A DNA stretch of 63,365 bases, filler included, from Basidiobolus ranarum (taxonomy: Eukaryota): assembly GCA_040143965.1 (NCBI GenBank). It is 30 parts of 30 records of this genome, joined end to end, with 100 filler letters (N's around TTAATTAATTAA, not from the genome) between each part and the next. Parts side by side here need not be neighbours in the genome. Positions count along the whole stretch, not along the records: positions 1 to 2,024 come from JASJQH010010778.1; positions 2,125 to 4,148 come from JASJQH010010779.1; positions 4,249 to 6,272 come from JASJQH010010780.1; positions 6,373 to 8,395 come from JASJQH010010781.1; positions 8,496 to 10,517 come from JASJQH010010782.1; positions 10,618 to 12,638 come from JASJQH010010783.1; 24 more parts are not named here. One strand, 5' to 3'. The position numbers and the translations under genes are program-made. Of the stretch, positions 1-10,759 are shown piece after piece (the stretch's first letter is position 1; each line of letters starts with the position of its first letter). Below the pieces are notes generated by a model that was given only the letters and a program-made list of their open reading frames with translations, ran no database searches and was not told the DNA's origin.

Positions 1-2
1 AT

Positions 3-680
3 GTTGGTAGTGAGATCCTGGGTATTCTCAAGCTCTTCACAAACAAGAACATGTTGCTACTCCTCCCATTGTTTGTCTCCTCCAACTGGTTTTACTCTTA
101 CCAATTCGGCGGTGTGAATGAAGTATTGTTCAACGTTCGCACTCGTTCTTTCAACAGTGCTTTCTACTGGGCCAGTCAGATGGTCGGTGCCTATGGAATG
201 GGTATTCTTTTGGATAACGTCAAACTCAATCGTCGTACTCGTGCTATCTATGGATTAGCTGTAGTAGCTGTTCTCAACACCATTACTTGGGGTGGTGGTC
301 TCGCTTCCCAGCTCAACTACACTCGCGAGAGTCATCCCAAGGATATTGACTTCCTCAATGGCCCTGGTTACGGACCTCTCTTTGTCTTGTTTCTCTGTTA
401 TGGTCTTTGTGATGCTGTTTTGCAAACATATGCCTACTGGTTGATGGGTGCCCTATCCAACGACTCTCAAGTTCTTGCTCGTTATGCTGGATTCTACAAG
501 GGAGTTCAATCAGCTGGTGCAGCCATTGCCTGGGATATTGATGCCAAGCGCAACCCATTCATGACCCAATTCATTGTTAATTGGGTGTTGTTGACTGCCT
601 CTCTTCCCTTCTCTTTCATTGTCGCCAGAGGTATCAAAGATACTTCTGAAGTAGAACATGAGAAAGGTGTCGTTGAATAA
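3..680 (+). CDS. UNC-93-like MFS membrane protein, C-terminal part (5' truncated at contig edge)
   Basis: Frame is open from base 3 (VGSEILGILKLFTNKNMLLLLPLFVSSNWFYSYQF...). Motifs FNVRTRSFN, YAYWLMGALSND and ARYAGFYKGVQSAGAAIAW are typical of fungal/plant UNC-93-like proteins. Several hydrophobic helices. Confidence 0.9.
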   Translation, partial: VGSEILGILKLFTNKNMLLLLPLFVSSNWFYSYQFGGVNEVLFNVRTRSFNSAFYWASQMVGAYGMGILLDNVKLNRRTRAIYGLAVVAVLNTITWGGGLASQLNYTRESHPKDIDFLNGPGYGPLFVLFLCYGLCDAVLQTYAYWLMGALSNDSQVLARYAGFYKGVQSAGAAIAWDIDAKRNPFMTQFIVNWVLLTASLPFSFIVARGIKDTSEVEHEKGVVE

Positions 681-1823
681 TACTATGCTTAATACTTACT
701 ATAGTATACAATTAATTACTAATGAGAAGAGCTCGCAGGACCAATTACTGCTTGGTTTCAAGATACCACTATCTTCGATGAATTTAATTTGTAAATTGAT
801 ATCTCATGACACTCTAATTCGTAATAAATCCATTCAGTTCTATCAATATATGAGTTAAGTATTGAGAACCGTTAGCACTCGCACTATGGTAACAAATTAA
901 GAGAAGATGCCTCGCTGGCACCAATATATTGACCATTAAGTGAGTCTACTATTGATACTTGCCTAGAAAACACCATCATGAACTTTAAGTTCTTCTACTG
1001 TAGTACCTGAAGTTCTTAAAAGCATCCGTAATGCTGTACAATCGTAAGTGGATATTGTGGGTTAAGTTCAATGCCATCACTTGTGGTGGAGGTTTAACTT
1101 CTCGAACTAACTATTCTTAAAACTTTCATGATTGTTTCCATTTCTTCAATAAATCCATCGTTCGCTATGTATTTAAGCTATGGCCTGTTGAAGGCATGAA
1201 TTCACTGGTGCACTATGTAATGGTCCTTGTATCACCAGATTATTCAGTCGGCCGCACGAAGCAATTCTTAGAATCTCTTGATGTACATAATGATTTGCCA
1301 AATGTAAAAGAATACAGCGGTGACATGCGCACATCCAATTACTGCGACAAGAGTAGCTAATTGAATATTTACCCAGATAATATATGATGAGCTATATATT
1401 GGATTTGGAAACTTCGCCGTGACCATGATACTTTCAGTATCCAAATCTAATTTCAAAAATCCGTTGTCATGTTCTCAAAATTCTAATGTGTAAAAATAAT
1501 ACTCGGATACGTTGGTTGTGTTTTAAGGAGGCTATGAAGCAAATGTGTTTTCGTAATTTATTTGCGGCTTTTTTAAACGACTGGGAAAACCAGTTGATTT
1601 CAATCACTCAGGTTTTCATAGCAAATAAGTGGCAGAAGTGTGCAAAATCTTGCTCAATATAATTGTCACAACGTATATTTCGTCTCTGATAAGTGTGATA
1701 CAGTAATACAAATCCATCTTCATTCCACAATATCACATTGCTATTGTCAATTAGTACATAATAGGAACAACCTTTTAACTATTGAAAAGAGGTAAAGCGC
1801 CTGCGCATAAATCGAATTTAACC

Positions 1824-1831
1824 TATAAATA
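1824..1831 (+). promoter_or_regulatory. Putative TATA box of the second UNC-93-like gene
   Basis: TATAAATA lies ~97 bp upstream of the ATG at 1921, with a pyrimidine-rich leader in between. Confidence 0.5.
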
Positions 1832-1920
1832 TCCATCACTCTATTCAACATAATAATCAGTTATCTCCGAATACCTTTCTCAATTTATTCTATTCTCTTC
1901 AATCAAGCTTTAATACTATA

Positions 1921-2024
1921 ATGCGGTTTAATTCCCCAATGGTCCAGGTTGTCCTGGTGGGCCTCGCTTGTTTCTGCTGCCCAGGTATGTACAACGTTAT
2001 TACCGCTCTCGGTGCCGGTGGTCA
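1921..2024 (+). CDS. Second UNC-93-like protein, N-terminus (3' truncated)
   Basis: Manual translation MRFNSPMVQVVLVGLACFCCPGMYNVITALGAGG matches the family N-terminal NSPxxQVxxVGxxCFCCPGMxNxxxxLGxGG motif. Absent from the ORF track. Confidence 0.85.
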
Positions 2025-2124
2025 NNNNNNNNNNNNNNNNNNNNNNNNNNNNNNNNNNNNNNNNNNNNTTAATTAATTAANNNNNNNNNNNNNNNNNNNN
2101 NNNNNNNNNNNNNNNNNNNNNNNN
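2025..2124. other. Artificial contig-joining linker (first of 29)
   Basis: N44-TTAATTAATTAA-N44, with stops in all six frames. Recurs every ~2.1 kb (4149, 6273, 8396, 10518 ... 59151, 61259). Flanking sequences are unrelated. Confidence 0.98.
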
Positions 2125-3390
2125 GCTGTTTACAAAGATTGATCTAAGAGGTGCTGACAATCTTGTAAGAGTCAAACCAGGAGACCAATGGAAAACTCTC
2201 TTTCAAACTTGCTATGGACACTTCAAATACAATATCATGCCATTTGGACTTACCAATGCCCCTGCAATCTTTCAACACATGATGAATAATATCTTCAGAG
2301 AGTATCTTGACCAATTTGTGGTAATCTACCTTAATGATATCTTGGTCTTCTCAAGCTCTCAAGAAGAACGTAATATTCATGTTTCCCAAGTCCTAGAAAA
2401 GTTGAAAACCTCTGGGCTATATGCTAAACTTGAGAAATGTGAATTTGAGCAAGCTCAAGTTGAATTACTTGGATATAACATCAGCCCATCAGGCATCTCC
2501 ATGGACCCTAAGAAGGTTGAATCTGTTCTGTCTTGGGAAATTCCAAAGAATGTGAAGGATGTCCAATCTTTCCTTGAATTTGCAAACTTTTACCAATGGT
2601 TTGTCAAGAACTCCTCCAAAATATCTGCTCTATTAACAAACCTTACAAAGAAAGAACTCCCATTTGACTGGAACTCATCTTGCCAACAAGCATTTGTAAC
2701 TCTAAAGGGTACTTTTACCACAGCACCAATCCTGGCACATCCCAAGCTAGACAAGCCATTTATTGTTGAAATTGATGCATCCAACTTTGCTCTAGGAGCA
2801 GTGTTATCACAGTTTGATGATGACAACATACTACACCCTGTTGCCTTTTACTCAAGAAAGTTCTCTGCCACAGAAATCCACTATGACATCTATGACAAGG
2901 AACTATTAGCAATGGCAACAATACTTGGATGGAGCAAGTCACAAAATTACAGTTTATTGTGATCACAAGAATCATCAGTATTTTAGTACAACCAAAGTTC
3001 TCAACCATTGTCAAGCAAGATGGTTATTATTTCTAGCCAGTTTTGATTTTGTGATCTCATATTGACCAGGTAGCCTGCAAGGAAAGCCTGATGCCTTATC
3101 ACATAGAGCAGAATATCAGCCTAAAGAAGGGGATGAGGCCTTTGGCCAACAAAATACTTCCTTACTGAAGCCCCACCAACTTCAAATTAGTGCAACTGCC
3201 CTTTCTCTGCCTAGTTCAAGCACATTCCATGAAAACATCCACAAACTTCAATCTGAAGACCCATTGGTAATATCAATCAAGAAAGCCCAGGAAACACCCA
3301 AAGACCTCTCAAGCTTGAACCTGTATCATCATTTCTCTATCATCAATGATTTCTTGTTTTATAAGAAGCAACTTTATGTTCCAGACCACA
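2125..3390 (+). mobile_element. Ty3/gypsy pol remnant (RT, RNase H, start of integrase region)
   Basis: FTKIDLRGA, MPFGLTNAPAIFQ, decayed YLDD (YLNDIL), DASNFALGAVLSQ, HPVAFYSRK, YDKELLA. Frameshifts are present. Confidence 0.95.
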
Positions 3391-4148
3391 CTTTTTTTAT
3401 CTTAATTTGGATTCCAAGATTGTATGTCAGTTCACCAAGATCAGTCATTTTGAGTTTGGCAGATAAGCTAGATTTGGATTTCTCCCAAGTTTTTCAATTC
3501 ATTGGTTGCTATAATAAGGTCATCTACATATCAGGCTAATAAAACTGGGTTTGTATTATCTGGCCTGAAGTAGATACTATTGTCAGCATTACTCTTTTGG
3601 AATTTGGGTGCTTCCAAAAAAGTGTATATCTTGCTATTCCAAGCTCTCAGAGATTGTTTCAAGCCATAGAGTGTTTTCTGGAGTCTGCAAACTTTTTTAG
3701 GGTTTTCTGGGTCAACAAATCCATCTGGTTGGTACATATAGATCTCCTCAGCAAGGTCACCATTCAAAAATGAAGCTTTAACATCCATTTGATGTATAAT
3801 AAACTGATATGTAGCTGAAATTGCTAAAATCAATCTAATTGAAGTAAACTTTGTTACAAGAGCAAAAGTTTCTTTGAAATCTATTCCTGGTGCTTGGGAA
3901 TAGCCTTTGGCTACTGGTCTAGCCTTGTATCCTTCTATATTGCCATCAGAGTTGTATTTAACTTTAAATGCCCATTGGCAGCCAATTGACTTTCCAACAT
4001 CAGGTAAGTTGATTAAAATACAAGTTTCATTATCAATCAAAGCCTGGTACTCATCAGCCATTGCAGATCTCCAAAACTTTGTGTGAGGGCCATTCAGGGC
4101 CTCTTTTACAGTCTGGGGCTCATATATTTGAGCTGTGCAGGCATAGGC
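3391..4148 (-). mobile_element. Ty1/copia RT remnant
   Basis: YKARPVAKGYSQAPGIDF, HQMDVKASFLNGDL, LYGLKQSLRAW. Abuts the gypsy piece abruptly. Confidence 0.95.
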
Positions 4149-4479
4149 NNNNNNNNNNNNNNNNNNNNNNNNNNNNNNNNNNNNNNNNNNNNTTAATTAA
4201 TTAANNNNNNNNNNNNNNNNNNNNNNNNNNNNNNNNNNNNNNNNNNNNATATCCATTGAGAGCTCTAGACTTAAGACACTATGAATAAAGCTTTCATTAT
4301 CTTTTGAATGTGCAATAATGTCTAAAAGTACTTTTCTTAAACGTACCACATAAGTAAAATAAACTGTGTCCAAAATGGTAAATAACATCAAGCTGGATAG
4401 TGCCCAATCATGCCAATTTGTGCTGGCACACTTTTTAGCTGGCCTGATCTGGCTCAATAAAATGGAACAAGTCTATGCT

Positions 4480-5171
4480 TTTGCAGCATTCTGTGACAAG
4501 GCACAGATTCTAGATCAAGCTGTGGAGTGTCCAGAATCAAAATTATGGGAAAAAGCAATATTGCTGTAGCAGTGGGACCCACCAGCCAATATCTCAAAAC
4601 TTCAGGATCTGAGTACAAAACTGCAGAAAAACAAATATTCAAGTATTTGAGAGGAACTCCAGATCTAGTTCTTGAACACTCTGCTGCTCCTGATGCCCAA
4701 AAATTTGAAGGCCATAGTGATGCAGACTGAGGAAGAAACCTTGCTCATAAAAGATCAACAACTGTATACACTATTCTCTTTGGTATTGGAGCCATAACTT
4801 GGAATAGTTAGAAGCAACCAACCATAGTACCTTCAACTACAGAAATGGAGTATATGGCTGCCTCTCCTACTACTCAAGTAGCTATGTGGTTAAGGAAGTT
4901 ACTTTCAGACTTAGGATACATGCAAAAATTTGCTTTGATTGAATTTGAAGATAATTGAATTTACATTTCATTAGCCAAAAACCCTCCATTTCATGCTAGA
5001 ACAAAAGATATAGATATCAGGCATGATTTTGTTAGATAAGCAATAGAGAATGATATAATTGAACTTCACTATTGTCCTATTGAAGAAATTATTGCTGACA
5101 TCTTCACAAAACCTTTAGCCAAAGCACAATTTGAATTTTTAAGATATCAGTTAGGTTTAAGAGGAATATAA
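4480..5171 (+). mobile_element. Ty1/copia RNase H / pol 3' end, degraded
   Basis: IFKYLRGT, GHSDAD, STTEMEYMA, RTKDIDIRHDFV, ADIFTKPL. Followed by the PPT AGTTGGGTGGGAA. Confidence 0.9.
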
Positions 5172-5191
5172 AGTAATTAGTTGGGTGGGAA

Positions 5192-5534
5192 TGTTGAAAT
5201 TAGATAAATAGCAACTCATTATTAAGTAGTTAGTTTATTCATATTCTGATTGTTTAGCACTCAATTCTGTCATTCAATAACATGTGTTTATTGCTGTAAT
5301 TGATAGAAATATCAATCAGATCACTTTGATCAACGTTAACGTTTTTCTCAAAACTTCTCCATATCATCTCGAATTTTCACCTGTGCTTGACTGGCATGTT
5401 TGTTATGATTCAAGTACATTGAATAGTCCCATTTCATGATAAACTATAAATAAGACATATCCAATTAAATAAAACTTAAGTGTCCAATTCACAAATCCAA
5501 ATCTTGTCCAAAACACTTCCAAATCCACTGAACA
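5192..5534 (+). repeat. Copia 3' LTR, family C
   Basis: Starts TGTTGAAATTAG directly after the PPT. TATA-like CTATAAAT at ~5444. Probable end GAACA at 5534, inferred by analogy with LTR-A length. Confidence 0.7.
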
Positions 5535-5920
5535 CTTTTATCAGCAGCTCTGTGCAGATTTTGAAGAGTATCCATTAATTGGCTTAAAGGTTAGTACTAA
5601 TTTTGTGAGCATCTTGAGGTCCTGAATTCCTGTGTTCTGAATATATGCTGGTGTTGATTTTGGTGATGACAATTTTCAAATTTATTGTAGCTCCACAAAT
5701 AGTTGTTCAAATCTTATGATTCTTGCATGGTTGCAAAGCTCTATTTCAGGCATTTATGATCAAAGTTAATGATGTGGTAATCAGCTAGGTACTGATGCAA
5801 CTATGAGTTATTGAATATTCTTGTCTTTTTCTTGATCTGTAAGAATATTAAATGGTAGCAATATATAATATTCTTCCTACTTACTATGTGCAAAAGGTTT
5901 TTGAAATATTTCAAGCACTA

Positions 5921-6272
5921 CAATGTATTTGGATCATTACAAACATAGCTGTTAATCATGGGTGAAAATTTGAGATGATTTGGAGAGGTTTTGAGAAAAT
6001 AGTGAAAATTGGTAAAAGTGATCTAATATTGATTTCTATCAATTAGAGCAATAAATAAGTATTTTTGAATATAAGGTTTAGGTGCTGAATAATCAGAGTA
6101 TGCATAAACCCAATACTCAATAATGAGTTGCTATTTATCTAATTTCAACATTGATATTTCCATCAATTAGAGCAATAAACACATGTTTTTGAATAACAGA
6201 ATTGAGTGCTAAATAATCAGAATATGAATAAACTAACTACTAAATAATGAGTTGCTATTTACCTAATTTCAA
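5921..6272 (-). repeat. Two truncated inverted copies of the LTR-C 5' part (5921-6150 and 6151-6272)
   Basis: Their reverse complements align by eye with 5192-5421 and 5193-~5315 respectively. Confidence 0.85.
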
Positions 6273-6372
6273 NNNNNNNNNNNNNNNNNNNNNNNNNNNN
6301 NNNNNNNNNNNNNNNNTTAATTAATTAANNNNNNNNNNNNNNNNNNNNNNNNNNNNNNNNNNNNNNNNNNNN

Positions 6373-8395
6373 GTATGTCTGATTAGTCAAGTATGTGCAT
6401 ATGTAAAGACTAAACACAATGAGATTCTTGTATATTAGACTCTCATTATGGCTGGAATACAAAGCTAAAAATATCTAAATAAAGGCATGCTTATTCATTT
6501 GAATTCCAACAGTAGTAAACCCAGTAATTTGCCATTCAAAAATTAGATTTTTGTGACAATTACCAGTAATTAAATGACCTTGAAAAGTTCCAGTTGAGGT
6601 TTGAGAGCTGTGTGTTTTATTTGCTGGTGTTTTGGCTTTATGAGAGATGCCAGATGCTGTACAAACTTCCAAATTTAGCAAGCTTCCAACTAGTGTACTT
6701 GGTTTCATGGTAAAATTAAGCCATTTTGCCAGTATATCAGCTAGTATATCTGACTCTGGAAATACAGATTGTTGTGACAGTGTGAACAATCAGGTAAGTG
6801 GCACAGCAGAGCCCAAACCCACTGGCTCTTTTGCTTTTCCCTTGAGTTTACTAACCTCCTTCTCCATGAGTACTTCTTTAGCTGCTTTTCTTTCTTTTCA
6901 AAGTCAATAATTGCATGAATTTTTGAGATTTTTCTTGAATAGGCCTCTACTAGCCAAATTGCCATTTGCTTGGAAAAACCCTGGATAAGCCACATGAATC
7001 AAGTCAAGAACCATCTGAGTCACATCTGGTCTTTGATTCTGCATTATTGGTTCAAACCGAGATGATTTTGGGCAAAATTATGCACAGTTTTCAAAATGTT
7101 AAACCACTCATCATCAGAGCAAGTGGCAGCAGCACTGATATTCAGAGTATTTTGGTTGGCTTGTTTTCCTATGACATTGGCTTACAGATTATTATGATGT
7201 TCCACCTGAGATTCCTTTGTGTAAAAAGTTCCATCCAAATTGTCAAAAAAGGGGTGTTCAATAGTTGGCAAAGCAGGCCTTTTGGAAGTTGATGGTCTTG
7301 TTGGTGTTTATCTTGAACTTTGCTCAACTATTGATTTACTGCATAATTGTGGGTTTATAGTCACTGTACTTGCACTACTGCTAGAGAGGAACACATCTGG
7401 TGGAACAATTAATGCTTCATCATTACTTGGGCTAGTGTTGGGCACATTAATGCCATCCAAAATGGACAGTAGATTGCTAGACTGCTCATCAAACAAGTCC
7501 TCTGTTCTTGTTGGTCTTTCACCTTTTGTGTCAGCAAGCTTTGGTTTGGAAGCAAATTTTGATTTATATTTTGAATACTTTGGAGAGGCAAGAATAATGT
7601 GGATAGAAATGCAACTTTAGTTGAGCCAGTATGTCCATAAAACTTTGAGGACATGCTGCTAGATGTTGACCTAGGTCATTCCAGTACTGATTGTAGTTTA
7701 TGGCAAGATGAAGCAGAAGACTCTGGTTTTATTACAGACTCTTTATCATTGGCAAGCATTAGTCCACTCATAACCCACAGTAAAGAAAGCAGCTTTGATC
7801 ATTGTGGAGTGGAGAGTTCAATCCAATCTTAGCAACCAGGCATGTATTAAAGTTTCCTACACTTTTACTCCAGTTGATTGGCAACTGTTGCTTGCCACAG
7901 ATCCAGTACCAGTGAAAAACACTTTCCAACTGTATGCCTTATAATCCTTCAGTAATTACACTACTTCATGTCCAAATAGTTGTTTGACTTTCACCAGTGA
8001 GCTGAATAACCTGAAGTCATGTACTGTTAGCAAATAACTGACAAGCACTGAATCAGGTTCATATTTTTCATATTTGGAGCACATGCCACTGATTTGACAT
8101 CATAATTTTTTGATATAATCACCCAAATATAGATTATTGATCCATTACCAAAGTATTCACCGTAAAGCTGATGGTATTACCAAGATACTTAAAACATTTC
8201 ACCATCAGAATCTGAAAAGTAAAGGTTTCTTGGAGAACACATATGATCATGCATTTGCATTGGCACTGGATGGTTTCTCACTGAACCAATATACCATTGA
8301 AAATACTTGCTGGCCAATAATTTTAATCAACTTAAATCTTCCTCCTTCTAAATGGTATAAGAGTCATAATATTTTGATACTATCCATTATATCTA
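6373..8395. mobile_element. CACTA/CMC-type DNA transposon composite: 3' piece (+), ORF2 (-, ~6580-7570), transposase N-terminus (+, ~7600-8395)
   Basis: FALALDGF...CWPIILINLNLPPSKWYKSHNILILSII is a Transposase_21/Tnp2-like motif. The layout is collinear with 52925-54933. Confidence 0.85.
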
Positions 8396-8495
8396 NNNNN
8401 NNNNNNNNNNNNNNNNNNNNNNNNNNNNNNNNNNNNNNNTTAATTAATTAANNNNNNNNNNNNNNNNNNNNNNNNNNNNNNNNNNNNNNNNNNNN

Positions 8496-8924
8496 CCACA
8501 AAGCACCCTCAGTAGTATCACACTAGAAGGAGGTACAAAAATAGTCAAAGTGCTTGAGCAGTATTTTCAAAAGTATGAAGGAAAAAATGCAGTGCAAGTA
8601 TGCAGAAAGTGGTGTCAGAAGAAGAATATTCAACTTGACATTCAGTCTGGTGTTGACCATGCAGATATCTGAGAAGAACTTTATATACAGTGGCACAATA
8701 TTGTGGGGTATCCAATAGATAGCTGGAAGAATGCTGATTCAGCAACATTGATACAATGGAGGGCTTTGATGGAGATATTGATACAAACTTTTGCTGGGTA
8801 TGAGCTAAACCTTGGGTATGAAGAACTCTATTAAAATATTCAGGAGAATATATCAAAGAGACTATGGATTTTGAAGGTGACAAATTAGTGTTCAAGTGGT
8901 AGTTGTGTAAAATTTGAGTTACAT
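8496..8924 (+). mobile_element. DNA transposon ORF2 C-terminal remnant
   Basis: Homologous to 34125-34555 and 62250-62680. One frame reads YFQKYEGKNAVQVCRKWCQKKNIQLDIQSGVDHADI. Confidence 0.75.
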
Positions 8925-9240
8925 TGCCTGAAAATGATCTTTTTCATGAAAAGCTATGTCTCTTGACTTGAGTAGACTTGAATTTCCAGTGTCATATAGC
9001 CTGTACCCCCTTTGTTCCATCATACCACCCATAAAAATATTTATCTGGTATGTTTGGTCTAGTTTTGACCTCCTCTGGCATGGAATCATTACATATGCAG
9101 TACTTTGCAAACCTCTGAGATTACCCACATCAGGTTTACTTCCAAACTAAGCTTGGTATGGTGTTGTAGCCAATAGAGATTTAGAATACTTTCTTAATAT
9201 ATATTGCATTTGCAACCATTTCAGCTCAGATCTGAGTGAA
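8925..9240 (-). mobile_element. Ty1/copia integrase C-terminal remnant
   Basis: TPYQA.FGSKPDVGNLRG...RSKLD...GYRLYD...SRDIAFHE. Confidence 0.8.
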
Positions 9241-9309
9241 TCAGGTCCAATATATGTTGCTTTCCTCATTTGGCATACTATTAAGTTTAGAGTATAGAAC
9301 TCATAATTT

Positions 9310-9620
9310 ATTCGAAAACTTGGGCTGCTTGGATGAACTTTAGAAAAGTGAAAATGTGATTAACTTGTGAGATAACTATATATTGTACAGAAATAAAGCA
9401 ATCATACCTTTTGTTGGAAATATGGTAAAATAACACTAGGGTTGTGTTCAGGTATTTTGGGTGAGTAGAAAGAGCAATCTACAGGGTAATTTGGATGGGT
9501 TTGGAATTTCCAATGTGGAATTGCCTATTTTCACATTTTACATATATAAGTAAAATACATGTTCCAATTTTCAGCTAAGGATATTTAACTAAATAATGTT
9601 AACTACCTCAAGCACAATAA
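9310..9620 (-). repeat. Copia LTR family B, diverged copy
   Basis: Aligns with the reverse complement of 25508-25885 (AACTTTAGAAAAGTG...GGGTTGTGTTCAG). Confidence 0.75.
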
Positions 9621-9823
9621 ATGAAATGATTAGATGTATCAAGTCAGAGGATACAAGTATGATGATGATAATAAACTCCAACACAGCAGAACTACCTTTA
9701 TGGCAAAGACTCTCAGGTCCTGTTTGGAACTTCAAGATATCAAGAATCTGAAAACCTCTGCCTATCATCCAAGAACCAATAGCTTAACCAGCATATCTCA
9801 TGGACTTTTTGGCAAGATGCTAT

Positions 9824-10517
9824 CCCTAACAGAAATTTGAGAACTGTTATCATAAGAAAGCCATCACAGCTTTAATCCATTTTGGATTAACCATTTACTT
9901 ACTGTCACAAAATCATCGAGTTAAATTTGATTTTAATCAATTTTTTTAGTGCAGGAGTAAAATTTTCAGATCTTTCAGAATAGTTGCACATGATTGGCTA
10001 CAAATCAGAGAACTATGGATGCACACATGTGCAAAGAATCTAACTCAAATTTTGCAAATTTACCTCTTGAATGCCAATTTGTCATCTTCAAAATCCCTGG
10101 TTTCTTTGATATTTTCACCCAAATATTTGTATACAGTTCTTTATACCCAAGGTTTAGCTCATATCCAACATGAGTTTGTATTAATATCTCCATCAAATCC
10201 TACCATTGTATTAATGTTGCAAACTCAAAATTCTTCCATCTATCTGGCAGATTCCCTGCATTATTGTGCCACTCTGTTCTAAGTTCTTCCCAGATATCTG
10301 CATGTTCAACACCAGACTGAATGTCAGTTTGAATGCTGTTATTCTGGAGCCACTTTCTGCACACTCACATTGTGTTTTCCCTTCACACTTTTGAAAATAC
10401 TCTTCAAAAACCTTTATTATTTTTATACATCTTTCAAGTGTGACACTACTAAGGGTGCTTTACAGTGTTTGTATGGCTTTTTGCTTGCCTTTGAGTTTGG
10501 GGCTAATTTCAACACTT
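9824..10517 (-). mobile_element. DNA transposon left end (TIR CCCTAACAGAAAT at 9824) with ORF2 3' end, inserted in a gypsy integrase remnant
   Basis: The gypsy motif KTSAYHPRTN (9750-9790) is cut off at the TIR. The same end occurs at 29240, 34767 and 62888. Confidence 0.85.
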
Positions 10518-10759
10518 NNNNNNNNNNNNNNNNNNNNNNNNNNNNNNNNNNNNNNNNNNNNTTAATTAATTAANNNNNNNNNNNNNNNNNNNNNNNNNNN
10601 NNNNNNNNNNNNNNNNNGAATATCTCAAACAATTGATTTACTTTTCTACTATATAAGTCACCATATACTCTTAAGAATAAACTAACTGAAACACACTATC
10701 ATAAGTTGCTTCTAATACTCAAAGCCTACCCCCATTATGTCAAGATCCTCCAACAAAAA

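Noticed and set aside
6966-7620. Plus-strand ORFs 6966-7292 and 7240-7620 (and minus-strand 54178-54450, 54710-54916)
   Set aside because: They are antisense shadows of transposon ORF2. The opposite strand gives the protein-like frame conserved between copies.
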